From the IMG/VR virus record IMGVR_UViG_3300037876_000116, positions 92,520 to 156,519 of that record: 64,000 bases of DNA, one strand, 5' to 3'. Shown here in pieces: positions 1 through 8,923 of the stretch. This DNA comes from a virus. Every line of letters starts with the position of its first letter. Position 1 is the first letter of the stretch. The notes beneath the pieces were generated by a model, which saw only the letters and a program-made list of their open reading frames with translations, ran no database searches and was not told the origin of the DNA. Made by a program: the position numbers and the translations under genes.

Positions 1-18
1 TCAGCCGGGGTTTTTTTA
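1..18 (+). terminator. 3' half of an intrinsic terminator (truncated by window edge)
   Basis: GCCGGGG followed by a T7 run; 5' arm lies outside the window. Confidence 0.4.
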
Positions 19-36
19 TGTTTAAAAATCAAAGAA

Positions 37-44
37 ACTATTTA
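37..44 (+). promoter_or_regulatory. Putative late promoter motif ACTATTTA
   Basis: Same motif recurs upstream of most structural genes. Confidence 0.55.
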
Positions 45-118
45 CACCGTAGGGAAACCTACACCATATAGTTTTTAATATGATTAAAAATGGTATAACC
101 AAGGGAGGATTTTAAACT

Positions 119-592
119 ATGGGATCGAAAAGAGTAGGACTTGCAAGAACGCAAGCATTAATTGAAGGTTTAAAGAGAGAGCTACAGATGAATGGCTCCA
201 CTATCAAAGGTGCTGAAAGACAGGTCATTAAATTAACAGGTGCTGGTGCATCACAAACCCTCGTATCTACGGACTCGGGTGCATTGGTAGTTATGGCTGG
301 AAGTAACGCTTCTACCATTACATTACCCGCAGTTCAAGCAGGAGCCGAATTTGAGGTTTTTGCTTTTACAGCACAAGCTCACGTTGTTAACGGTGGAAAC
401 AGCCTTATTTATGGTGGAATTTATGATAATGCAAATGATTCCACCGCGTCACCTGTCGATCGCTCCGCAGTTAACGCTGCAACGTCAATCACACTAGCCA
501 ACCCTGCGGTTGGAGATTGCTTAACGTTTGTCTCTGATGGCACCAACTGGTATGTCAAAGGATGGCTAAACGATACACCAACTGTCTCGTAA
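119..592 (+). CDS. Hypothetical virion protein, beta-rich (head decoration/fibre-like)
   Basis: 157 aa, SD GGAGG, late motif upstream, G/A/S/T-rich, C-terminal GDxLTFVSDGTNWYV typical of phage structural beta-domains. Confidence 0.5.
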   Translation: MGSKRVGLARTQALIEGLKRELQMNGSTIKGAERQVIKLTGAGASQTLVSTDSGALVVMAGSNASTITLPAVQAGAEFEVFAFTAQAHVVNGGNSLIYGGIYDNANDSTASPVDRSAVNAATSITLANPAVGDCLTFVSDGTNWYVKGWLNDTPTVS

Positions 593-620
593 TCTAAACA
601 AAATATAAATCTATATTTAT

Positions 621-648
621 CCCCCTTCTTCGGAAGGGGGTTTTTTTT
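621..648 (+). terminator. Rho-independent terminator
   Basis: CCCCCTTC-TTCG-GAAGGGGG, 8-bp stem with UUCG loop, followed by T8. Confidence 0.9.
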
Positions 649-667
649 GTTTTTTGGTTTATTTACA

Positions 668-675
668 ACTATTTA
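668..675 (+). promoter_or_regulatory. Putative late promoter motif ACTATTTA
   Basis: Recurrent motif, 21 nt before the ATG at 697. Confidence 0.55.
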
Positions 676-696
676 TAATATCCAAGGAGATTTATA

Positions 697-1008
697 ATGG
701 GTAAGAAAAAAAGACAAATGTTTAGGTCGAAATTCGCAGAACATCCGCGCCACTTAAGCAATCAAACAAACAACACAGACACAAATACAGCCGCTCCAAC
801 ACCTGTTGAAGCTAAGAAACCTACACCTAAACCTGTAGAGGTTAAGCAACCGCCCCCAACCCCGGTGGAAATTAGAAAACCCACACCACAGCCTGAGCCA
901 ATTAAAAACCCCGCTGTCATGGCAACTCCAAAGACCGAAAAAAAGAAATCAACTATAAAAACTACGGCTAAAGAAACTTTAAAGCCTAATAAGAAAAAGA
1001 AAAAGTAA
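697..1008 (+). CDS. Lys/Pro/Thr-rich low-complexity hypothetical protein
   Basis: 103 aa, SD AAGGAG, imperfect PTPVExKKP repeats, poly-Lys tail. Confidence 0.6.
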   Translation: MGKKKRQMFRSKFAEHPRHLSNQTNNTDTNTAAPTPVEAKKPTPKPVEVKQPPPTPVEIRKPTPQPEPIKNPAVMATPKTEKKKSTIKTTAKETLKPNKKKKK

Positions 1009-1055
1009 GTTGGTTAGTTAAACAGCGCGTTTTTTACCATTATGTGGTTTTCTGT

Positions 1056-1063
1056 ACTATTTA
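1056..1063 (+). promoter_or_regulatory. Putative late promoter motif ACTATTTA
   Basis: Recurrent motif, 24 nt before the ATG at 1088. Confidence 0.55.
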
Positions 1064-1087
1064 CTCTGATATAGGAGAATACCACTA

Positions 1088-2380
1088 ATGTCAGCACCAC
1101 CTACCTTAACTCCAGTAAGTCAGATGTCGAAGGTGATCTTACCGGCGACAGGGAATACTGATACTGCCGCATCTGGTTCTTTATACGCACTAGGAGTGTA
1201 TGTTGATGATTCATCGGATCTTTATGATGTTAACTTTATTTCAGGCGCAGCAGATCAAGTAACTTACACTTACCGGAAGATCGGAGGCGCAGTATTAGAT
1301 ATCGAGCTTACTGAGAAAGATGTTTATTCTCACTATGAAGACGCTGTATTAGAATATTCTTATTTAGTAAATATTCACCAAGCAAAGAATACTTTACCTA
1401 ACGCTCTCGGCGCTGCAACAGGAACTTTTAATCAAGATGGGCAACAAACATCAGATTCCGCTCTACTAGGCATCACAGCCTCTCTACAGTATCCTGAGTT
1501 TTCTTTTGACTATGCCCTTAGAGTAGGCAAGAAAACGTCTACAGAAGCCGATATAGGGGGTATAGAGCCAATCTATTCTGCTTCCTTCGACGTAGTAACT
1601 GATCAACAAGATTACGATCTTCAAAATATCATCTCTTCATCGGCAGCTACTGATACCAATGCTCTTTATTTCAATCAAGTAGGGAATAAAAGAGTAACTA
1701 TTCGAAAAGTATTTTATAAGACACCCTACGCTCAGTGGAGATTCTATAGTTATTATGGAGGATTGAACACTATCGGCAATATGTCCACTTATGGTCAATA
1801 CGCCGACGACTCCCAGTTCGAAATCGTTCCAGTTTGGCAAAATAAGTTGCAAGCAATGGCTTACGAAGATGCAATCTACACTAGAACATCTCAATATTCT
1901 TATGAAATTAAGAATAATCGATTGAGAATCTTCCCGCCTCCAGAGACACAGAATTTCCCAAGTAAATTTTGGGTTGAATTCACTGTAAAAGCCAACCCTT
2001 GGGTTGAAGACGATGCAGCAGAAAGTGGACTTACGGGCGTCAACAACATGAACACACTGCCTTTTTCCAATCTTCCATATAATAGTATCAACTCGATCGG
2101 TAAACAGTGGATTAGAAGATTTTCTCTCGCTATTTCCAAAGAAACTCTTGGTCAGATCCGAGGAAAGTTTGGCTCTATACCCATTCCAGGTAATGATGTA
2201 ACTCTTAATGCTTCTGATCTTTTATCTCAAGCTCAAACAGAAAAGGAAGCTCTCAGAGAAGAACTTAAAACAGTTCTTGACGAACTTACATATGAAAAAC
2301 TTAGCGAGAAACAAAACAATATTACAACCAACGCACTAGAAACAATGCAAAAAGTACCTGTCGGTATTTTTCAAGGATAG
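1088..2380 (+). CDS. Neck/head-completion protein (T4 gp13-like adaptor)
   Basis: 430 aa; first of three genes before the sheath; C-terminal KETLGQIRGKF..IPIPG..VTLN pattern recalled from myovirus neck proteins. Confidence 0.55.
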   Translation: MSAPPTLTPVSQMSKVILPATGNTDTAASGSLYALGVYVDDSSDLYDVNFISGAADQVTYTYRKIGGAVLDIELTEKDVYSHYEDAVLEYSYLVNIHQAKNTLPNALGAATGTFNQDGQQTSDSALLGITASLQYPEFSFDYALRVGKKTSTEADIGGIEPIYSASFDVVTDQQDYDLQNIISSSAATDTNALYFNQVGNKRVTIRKVFYKTPYAQWRFYSYYGGLNTIGNMSTYGQYADDSQFEIVPVWQNKLQAMAYEDAIYTRTSQYSYEIKNNRLRIFPPPETQNFPSKFWVEFTVKANPWVEDDAAESGLTGVNNMNTLPFSNLPYNSINSIGKQWIRRFSLAISKETLGQIRGKFGSIPIPGNDVTLNASDLLSQAQTEKEALREELKTVLDELTYEKLSEKQNNITTNALETMQKVPVGIFQG

Positions 2381-2391
2381 GAGGATGACTT

Positions 2392-2880
2392 GTGCCAAAA
2401 GATAAATGGACCCAGCCAGATCAACCCCCTCCTCCGCTTTTTCTAGGAGAAAAAGAGCGAGATCTTGTAAAACAAGTCAATGACGAGCTTATTGAGAGAG
2501 TCATTGGACAACAAATTCTTTACTATCCTATCAGTCAGGAACATACAAATTTTCACCCTGTTTACGGCGAGGCAATAAATAAAAACTTTTTGTCTCCCAT
2601 TAGAGTATATGCCTTAGTGGAATATGGCGGTATCGAAACAACAACCGACAAGTATGGATTAGACAAGATTTATTCTATCAACGTACACTTTCACAAAAGA
2701 AGGCTCACTGAAGATCAAGACTTATATGTTCGAGAGGGTGATTTTGTTTTATACGACGACGAATATTATGAAATTGTAACCTTGTCCGAGCCAAGAGAGA
2801 TCTTCGGTCAAGCAGGTAAGAGTTTGGAAGTCTCCGCAGCTTGTATTAAATCTAGAAGAGGAAATTTCGATGCCCAATAA
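2392..2880 (+). CDS. Neck/head-closure protein (gp14-like)
   Basis: 162 aa, GTG start after SD GGAGG; synteny; VREGDFVLY..YYEI pattern. Confidence 0.5.
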   Translation: MPKDKWTQPDQPPPPLFLGEKERDLVKQVNDELIERVIGQQILYYPISQEHTNFHPVYGEAINKNFLSPIRVYALVEYGGIETTTDKYGLDKIYSINVHFHKRRLTEDQDLYVREGDFVLYDDEYYEIVTLSEPREIFGQAGKSLEVSAACIKSRRGNFDAQ

Positions 2881-3718
2881 AGACCTACATGTAAAAGAAG
2901 AATTATTAATGCCTTCTACAATAGAAGATATTGACGCATCGATGCTAGATTATATTAATGATACGTTAAACATCCACACTGAAACAAACAAAGGTTTTAA
3001 AAAAGTTCCTGTAATCTGGGTAGCAGCGGAAAGAGCAGCCCAAATCAAACAGCATAAAGATTTACGAGATGACAATGGCGCTATTATATACCCATTAATG
3101 ACTTTAGAAAGAAACTCTATCACAAAAGATTTAACACAAAAAGGATCTTTATACGCAAACATTCCTCCTATCAACGACGAGAAGCGAGGAAGTATTACAG
3201 TCGCCCGACGAATTAACCAAAAGAAAACAGCAGAGTTTGCGAACGCTAACGCAAAAAGAAGATTTAATCAAATAAATTTCAAAACAAAAAAGCAAAACGA
3301 AAAAATAGTATATGAAACGTATACGATACCTTTGCCTGTGTATATTAATGTAAATTACACAATTTCTATTACAACAGAATACCAACAGCAAATGAACGAC
3401 ATTACAACTCCGTTTCTTACAGTTCCTGGCGGCATCAATTATTTTCAGTTAAAAAGAAACAACCACATGTATGAAGCTTTCATTGATTCAGATTTTTCAG
3501 CAAACAACACTGTTAGCGATCTACAAGATCAAGAAAGGAAATTCATAACTGAGATTGATATACGAGTGTTAGGTTATTTGATAGGCGAGGATAAAAATCA
3601 AGAGACCCCTAAAATAGTAAAAAGACAAAACGCAGTTGAAGTTCGGTTTCCAAGAGAACATGTTATTTTTGGAGACATTCCAGAACCTATTGGCGACGAC
3701 GGATTTTATAAACCTTAA
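2870..3718 (+). CDS. Tail completion/terminator protein (gp15-like)
   Basis: 282 aa, directly before the sheath; KVPVIW..ER and PLPVYINVNY patterns. Confidence 0.5.
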   Translation: MPNKDLHVKEELLMPSTIEDIDASMLDYINDTLNIHTETNKGFKKVPVIWVAAERAAQIKQHKDLRDDNGAIIYPLMTLERNSITKDLTQKGSLYANIPPINDEKRGSITVARRINQKKTAEFANANAKRRFNQINFKTKKQNEKIVYETYTIPLPVYINVNYTISITTEYQQQMNDITTPFLTVPGGINYFQLKRNNHMYEAFIDSDFSANNTVSDLQDQERKFITEIDIRVLGYLIGEDKNQETPKIVKRQNAVEVRFPREHVIFGDIPEPIGDDGFYKP

Positions 3719-3741
3719 AAAGTATTTTGGCGTTTTCACTA

Positions 3742-3749
3742 ACTATTTA
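3742..3749 (+). promoter_or_regulatory. Putative late promoter motif ACTATTTA
   Basis: Recurrent motif upstream of the sheath gene. Confidence 0.55.
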
Positions 3750-3801
3750 TAAGAGAATAAAATTATATTCAATCAATCCATAGTAATAGGAGATAAGAAG
3801 G

Positions 3802-6798
3802 ATGTCAGTTAAAAAGTACAAATTTGTTTCCCCTGGAGTTTTCATTAATGAAATCGACAACTCCCAGCTACCGGACGCACCCGAACAACAAGGACCAGTA
3901 GTTATTGGTAGATCCGATTATGGTCCTGCTTTACGTCCTGTAAAAGTTAATTCTTTTTCTGAGTTTATTAGTGTATTTGGTGGACCAACTGCTACAAACA
4001 ATAAAAACGATGCATGGCGTAATGGAGATATGACTGCTCCTCTTTACTCGGTTTATGCAGCCCAAGCTTGGCTGAAAAACAATGGACCTCTTACTTTTGT
4101 TCGCTTACTTGGCGAAGCGAGCCCTGATAAAGAAAGCGGCGGAGAAGCAGGCTGGAAAACAACAAACCTTCTAGGTTCTGGCTCTGGTGGCGCTTATGGA
4201 TTGTTTGTATTCCCATCTGGGGTTCTTGCTGGACCAAAAGCAGGTGCGGCTGTTCAATTAACTGGTGCCCTTGCTGCTGCTTGGTACTTTAACAAAGGAT
4301 ATCCTCTCTTGTCTGGTACTTTGGCGGGACAATCAGGGACTATTCAACAAGGCACCGCTTCGGTTGGTACATTAGTTAAAAGCACACCCGGCGAGAAAGG
4401 GTTCACGCTTCAAATTATGGATAGCGCCGACACTTTACTTGAAAAAATATCTTTCTCATTAGAACGCGCCTCTGATAGGTTTATTAGAGACGTATTCAAC
4501 ACTAGCCCCACCAACACTAACGAATCTTTGACAACTGGCGGAAAAGATTATTTCCTCGGTCAGACTTTCGAAAGACACTATGCAGAATCCTTCGACCGAG
4601 ATGGAGTCAATGTTAACAGCGAAAGCAATGCTTATGGCGTAATATTGCCCTTGAAAACTAGTGATGGAAATTCTGATTATGCGGACAAGAGAAAAGACTA
4701 CCAATCCGCACAAACTGGCTGGTTTATTGCTCAAGACCTTCAGGCTAGACCCGAACAAACTAGCATCATGTCTTATAATCCTGTGAACTTTACAGCTTCT
4801 GCACAACAAAAGTTGTTTAAAGTGTATGCACTAGGACAAGGAAGCTGGGATTCAAGGAATCTTAAGCTATCTGTTACTAATATAAGAGCTTCTACAAACA
4901 ATTTCAATCCATACGGAACTTTCACCCTTCAGCTTAGAAAAATTGAAGACAACGACAATGCTATTCAAATTGTTGAACAATTTGATAATTGTAGTCTTAA
5001 CCCTGACGATCAAAATTACGTTGCTAAAGTTGTTGGTAACAAATACAGAGATTGGGACAATACAGAACGCCGATGGATTGAATATGGGGATTACACTAAT
5101 AATTCTAAATATATCCGTGTTGAAATGAACGGCGATGTAGATAACAAAGTTACTGATGGTAGATCTCTACCTTTCGGTGTCTTTGGACCATTAAAGTGGA
5201 AAAGCATCCAGTGGTCATCAGACGGCGCTCCTACTACTACACCTTTTAATGTAATCGACAGCGGTGGTAATAAAGTCGCAGGCGTATGGCTCCCTCAGTC
5301 AGCGTCTCTTGCTACCACCACAGCTAGACCAAAGTTCTTAACCGGATTAGGTTTGCTCGGAGTCAGCGCTTCTCTAGACGGAGGCATAGGCGACTGGCAG
5401 CAATTGGTCACAGGAACAATTAATTTCCCACAAATCTACCCTAGAGTTAGTAGTTCGGCTGGCGACACCGCAAGCCCAAGCTCCGCTTATTTCGGCGCAA
5501 ACACAAGTCGGGGAGCATCAGGATATAGCATCTATGATGATTCTACGCAAGATGTTCTTTATCCAAAGCCTGTTGGAACAAATGACTTTACGGCAGGTGA
5601 TGCAACGGAACCTAGTTGGATTTTTACTCTTGACGATGTTACAGCGCAAGCTGGAACAACAGCGGCAGGAGATATTCTTCCAAATGCAAATTGGGTTTCT
5701 GGATCTAGAGCAACAGGTAACTCTATTACAGGCTTAACTGGTACTTATCAATCTGTGCTAAACGCTGGTTTTGATTCTTTTACAACTGTTTTTGACGCAG
5801 GTTTCGACGGATTAAATATTCTTGAAAAAGAACCTTTCAACAATTCACGAGCCCTTGCTTCGTCAGTAACACAATTTTCCAGCTATGCTTATTACAGCGT
5901 CAAGAAAGCAATTGACTCAATTAGAGATTCCGAAGTTTTGGAATATAATCTTGCGGCAATTCCCGGCATGACAAACGCCTCTTTGCAAGATGAATTGATA
6001 GATGCTTGTGAAAATCGAGGAGATGCTCTGGCTATTATTGACTTGCCTAAAGTATATCTTCCATCTTTTGATGCAGGAACAGCAGGCGCAAACAGATTCG
6101 GAAATTCTCCTACACAGGCGATTTCTGATCTTAAGTCTAGAAACTTAAACTCTAGCTATGCATGCGCCTACTACCCCTGGGTTCAAATGAGAGACACAAT
6201 TAATAATGCGACTCTTTGGGCTCCGCCTTCAATTGCAGCTTTGGGAACTTTCTCTAGCTCTCAAACGAAAACACGCCTATGGTTTGCACCAGCAGGATTT
6301 AATCGCGGTGGTCTTTCAGAAGGCGCTGCTGGTATCCCTGTTATCGGCGTGAGAGAGAAGCTCACCTCGAAACAAAGAGATGAACTCTACGAAGCAAACG
6401 TTAATCCTATTGCTTCTTTCCCAGCAGAGGGGATTGTTATCTTCGGTCAGAAGACACTACAGGTAACTCCATCTGCTCTTGATAGAATTAATGTAAGAAG
6501 ACTTATGATTTTTGTTAAAAAGCAGATCTCTCAGATGGCTAACGACATTTTGTTTGACCAGAATGTTCAGGCTACTTGGAATCGCTTTGTAGCTAGAGCA
6601 AATCCATTCTTGCAAGGAATTAAGAGTGATTTCGGATTATCTGACTTTAAAGTTGTTTTGGATGAAACCACAACAACACCAGAACTAATCGATAGAAACA
6701 TTCTATATGCGAAAATCTTCCTTAAGCCTGCCCGAGCTATTGAGTACATCGCCATCGACTTCAATATTTCGAACACTGGCGCAGCTTTTGACGATTAA
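3802..6798 (+). CDS. Contractile tail sheath protein
   Basis: 998 aa; N-terminal FVSPGVFINEID; C-terminal WFAPAGFNRGGL, NPIASFP.EGIVIFGQKTL, DRINVRRL. Confidence 0.95.
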   Translation: MSVKKYKFVSPGVFINEIDNSQLPDAPEQQGPVVIGRSDYGPALRPVKVNSFSEFISVFGGPTATNNKNDAWRNGDMTAPLYSVYAAQAWLKNNGPLTFVRLLGEASPDKESGGEAGWKTTNLLGSGSGGAYGLFVFPSGVLAGPKAGAAVQLTGALAAAWYFNKGYPLLSGTLAGQSGTIQQGTASVGTLVKSTPGEKGFTLQIMDSADTLLEKISFSLERASDRFIRDVFNTSPTNTNESLTTGGKDYFLGQTFERHYAESFDRDGVNVNSESNAYGVILPLKTSDGNSDYADKRKDYQSAQTGWFIAQDLQARPEQTSIMSYNPVNFTASAQQKLFKVYALGQGSWDSRNLKLSVTNIRASTNNFNPYGTFTLQLRKIEDNDNAIQIVEQFDNCSLNPDDQNYVAKVVGNKYRDWDNTERRWIEYGDYTNNSKYIRVEMNGDVDNKVTDGRSLPFGVFGPLKWKSIQWSSDGAPTTTPFNVIDSGGNKVAGVWLPQSASLATTTARPKFLTGLGLLGVSASLDGGIGDWQQLVTGTINFPQIYPRVSSSAGDTASPSSAYFGANTSRGASGYSIYDDSTQDVLYPKPVGTNDFTAGDATEPSWIFTLDDVTAQAGTTAAGDILPNANWVSGSRATGNSITGLTGTYQSVLNAGFDSFTTVFDAGFDGLNILEKEPFNNSRALASSVTQFSSYAYYSVKKAIDSIRDSEVLEYNLAAIPGMTNASLQDELIDACENRGDALAIIDLPKVYLPSFDAGTAGANRFGNSPTQAISDLKSRNLNSSYACAYYPWVQMRDTINNATLWAPPSIAALGTFSSSQTKTRLWFAPAGFNRGGLSEGAAGIPVIGVREKLTSKQRDELYEANVNPIASFPAEGIVIFGQKTLQVTPSALDRINVRRLMIFVKKQISQMANDILFDQNVQATWNRFVARANPFLQGIKSDFGLSDFKVVLDETTTTPELIDRNILYAKIFLKPARAIEYIAIDFNISNTGAAFDD

Positions 6799-6812
6799 AA
6801 AAAACTTTAACA

Positions 6813-6820
6813 TCTATTTA
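6813..6820 (+). promoter_or_regulatory. Putative late promoter motif TCTATTTA
   Basis: Recurrent motif, 21 nt before the tube ATG. Confidence 0.5.
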
Positions 6821-6841
6821 ATATAAAGGAGAATATACAAC

Positions 6842-7411
6842 ATGGCACAGGACGGTTTTTGGGGAGGCTCGGCAGGAGCACTAGTAGATCCGAAAAGATC
6901 ATTTAGATGGCTCATTTCTTTTGGAGACAGAAGCAATGACATTAAAAGCTGGTATGCAAAAAGTGCATCTAAGCCCTCTTATCAAGTGGGAAAAACCACA
7001 CATCAATATTTGAACCATAGTTTTCACTACCCTGGTCGTGTAGAATGGCAAGAGATTTCTGTTACACTAGTAGATCCAGCCCGTGGTAATGATAGTTCTC
7101 TAGCTCTAGTTGACTCTTTGCAGCGATCTGGATATTATATTCCAATTAATGAAAACAATGCTTCTTTCACTATCACCAAGGCGGATGCAGTAAGTGCTGC
7201 CGGTAACCAAATTTTCCTTGATCAACTTGGTTCCAATCAAAGTGATATCATTGAAAGATGGACACTTTGGAATCCGTGGATTAAAGACGTTAATTTCGGA
7301 TCATTAGATTATGCGACTGAAGACATGGTACAAATTGAGTTAACACTTGTTTATGACTATGCTACAATTACAGCGGGAGTCCCAACACAGACTCTCCCCA
7401 AATCAGTTTAA
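6842..7411 (+). CDS. Tail tube protein (T4 gp19-like)
   Basis: 189 aa after the sheath; DPKRSFRW, YPGRVEWQEISVTLVDP, WIKDVNFGSLDY, LTLVYDYA. Confidence 0.85.
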   Translation: MAQDGFWGGSAGALVDPKRSFRWLISFGDRSNDIKSWYAKSASKPSYQVGKTTHQYLNHSFHYPGRVEWQEISVTLVDPARGNDSSLALVDSLQRSGYYIPINENNASFTITKADAVSAAGNQIFLDQLGSNQSDIIERWTLWNPWIKDVNFGSLDYATEDMVQIELTLVYDYATITAGVPTQTLPKSV

Positions 7412-7436
7412 TAAACAATACAAATAAGAGGTAAAA

Positions 7437-8312
7437 ATGTCAAGAAACGATTCTCGTCTCGGAGGAAAAAACACTTCCTCTGGAGACGCCAATACACCTG
7501 TGGCTGAAGTTGAAGATACAACAAACAACACTACTCAGCCACTGTCCTTTTCAATCCCTACTGAGCAAGTAGAACTTCCTTCTCAAGGAAGATATTATTC
7601 AGAGAGCCACCCTCTTTACAACGCAGAAACTATTGAAATAAAATACATGACTGCAAAAGAAGAGGACATACTCACTTCTCCAAGTCTTTTGAAAAAGAAC
7701 TTAACCATCGAAAGACTTCTAAGGAGCGTTATCCTAAATAAGAACATTAACCCACAAGACTTATTATCAGGCGACCGTAATGCAATCCTTATTGCTGCAA
7801 GAAAAACAGGGTATGGAGCAGATTACAATGTTACTGTGAATTGTCCTTCTTGTTACACGCCTAATGAATGGGGCACCGATTTAGATGAAATTGGATGTAT
7901 GCACGGTGGCGTTGAAAGCGCTGATGGATATGATGTAGAAGATAATAACGATGGAACATTTAATATTACTTTACCCAAATGCAAGGTTACTGTTACCGCC
8001 AAGCTTCTTACCGGCAAAGACGAGAAAGAAGTAACTATCGCTGCTCAGAAAAGAAAAAAGCACAAACTTGATGAAAACAATCTTACAGAGCAGCTTCGCG
8101 CAATGATTGTTGCAGTAAATGGAAGCTCAAACCACAGAGACTTAGAGAGTTTTATTAATTTTGTCCCTGCATTTGATTCTAAATATTTGAGAAATGCTTA
8201 CTCTAAAATTATGCCTAATGTCGATATGAAGAGCGAATTTGAATGCTCTGCTTGCACATGGGTAGGAGACCTGGAGGTTCCGCTCACTGCGGAGTTTTTT
8301 TGGCCTAAGTGA
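7437..8312 (+). CDS. Tail/baseplate assembly chaperone (T4 gp26-like), short product
   Basis: 291 aa; VELPSQGRYY, MTAKEEDILT, LLSGDRNAILIAAR..GYG, two CxxC pairs; ends EFFWPK on a T7 run. Confidence 0.75.
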   Translation: MSRNDSRLGGKNTSSGDANTPVAEVEDTTNNTTQPLSFSIPTEQVELPSQGRYYSESHPLYNAETIEIKYMTAKEEDILTSPSLLKKNLTIERLLRSVILNKNINPQDLLSGDRNAILIAARKTGYGADYNVTVNCPSCYTPNEWGTDLDEIGCMHGGVESADGYDVEDNNDGTFNITLPKCKVTVTAKLLTGKDEKEVTIAAQKRKKHKLDENNLTEQLRAMIVAVNGSSNHRDLESFINFVPAFDSKYLRNAYSKIMPNVDMKSEFECSACTWVGDLEVPLTAEFFWPK

Positions 8313-8484
8313 AAAATATACTGAGCAAATTTACGAAGAGATATTCCAGCTAAAATATCACGGCTCTTGGAGTTTCATAGAAGCTTACAATTTACCAATT
8401 ATCTTAAGAAGATGGTTTTTACGAAGATTGGAAAAACAATTTCTAATTGAAAAAGAGCAGATAGAAAAAGCTAGAAATAAATAA
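8296..8484 (+). CDS. Frameshift-accessed C-terminal extension of the tail assembly chaperone (+1/-2 frame)
   Basis: Open frame without ATG/GTG start: FFGLSEKYTEQIYEEIFQLKYHGSWSFIEAYNLPIILRRWFLRRLEKQFLIEKEQIEKARNK; entered at the T7 run 8295-8301; terminator follows its stop. Confidence 0.7.
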   Translation, partial: FFGLSEKYTEQIYEEIFQLKYHGSWSFIEAYNLPIILRRWFLRRLEKQFLIEKEQIEKARNK

Positions 8485-8490
8485 ATTTAG

Positions 8491-8527
8491 TGCTTTCCTG
8501 TGCAAATGGGAAAGCATTATTTTTTTT
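8491..8527 (+). terminator. Rho-independent terminator
   Basis: TGCTTTCC...GGAAAGCA 8-bp stem followed by a T-rich run. Confidence 0.75.
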
Positions 8528-8537
8528 ATATAAAAAC

Positions 8538-8545
8538 ACTAATTA
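8538..8545 (+). promoter_or_regulatory. Putative late promoter motif ACTAATTA
   Basis: Variant of the recurrent motif, just after a terminator. Confidence 0.5.
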
Positions 8546-8571
8546 ATATAACGGTATAGGGTTTTAGTACT

Positions 8572-8910
8572 ATGAATAACGAAAAAGATTTGGTTCAAGA
8601 AGAAATTATCGACCTTGGTCAGGCTAAGAGAGGTGTCTTAACTGAAACATCTCTGGCTGCATTTGGTGATCACATCAAAATGATGGTAAGCTGGATTTTT
8701 GGAGAGAATGTATTTTTTCCAAAGAAAATCAAAGGTACAAAATCTGAAGTAGATAAGTTTTTGAAAACTTTATCGAAAGAAAAGAATTACATGAAGTCTT
8801 ACAAAAAATATGGTCTAGCCGATAAAAGAACCCACGACAACAAATATAAGCTTGACAGGGCTGTTCAAGATTTCGAAAAAGAAACAAAGCTAGTGTGGCC
8901 ATTCAAATAA
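8572..8910 (+). CDS. Hypothetical protein
   Basis: 112-aa ORF between the chaperone and the tape measure gene. Confidence 0.65.
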   Translation: MNNEKDLVQEEIIDLGQAKRGVLTETSLAAFGDHIKMMVSWIFGENVFFPKKIKGTKSEVDKFLKTLSKEKNYMKSYKKYGLADKRTHDNKYKLDRAVQDFEKETKLVWPFK

Positions 8911-8923
8911 AGGAATAGTTTAG

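Noticed and set aside
8294-8324. Canonical -1 frameshift or TGA readthrough in the tail chaperone
   Set aside because: The -1 frame stops at TAA 8306-8308, and readthrough stops three codons later. Only the +1/-2 frame is open.
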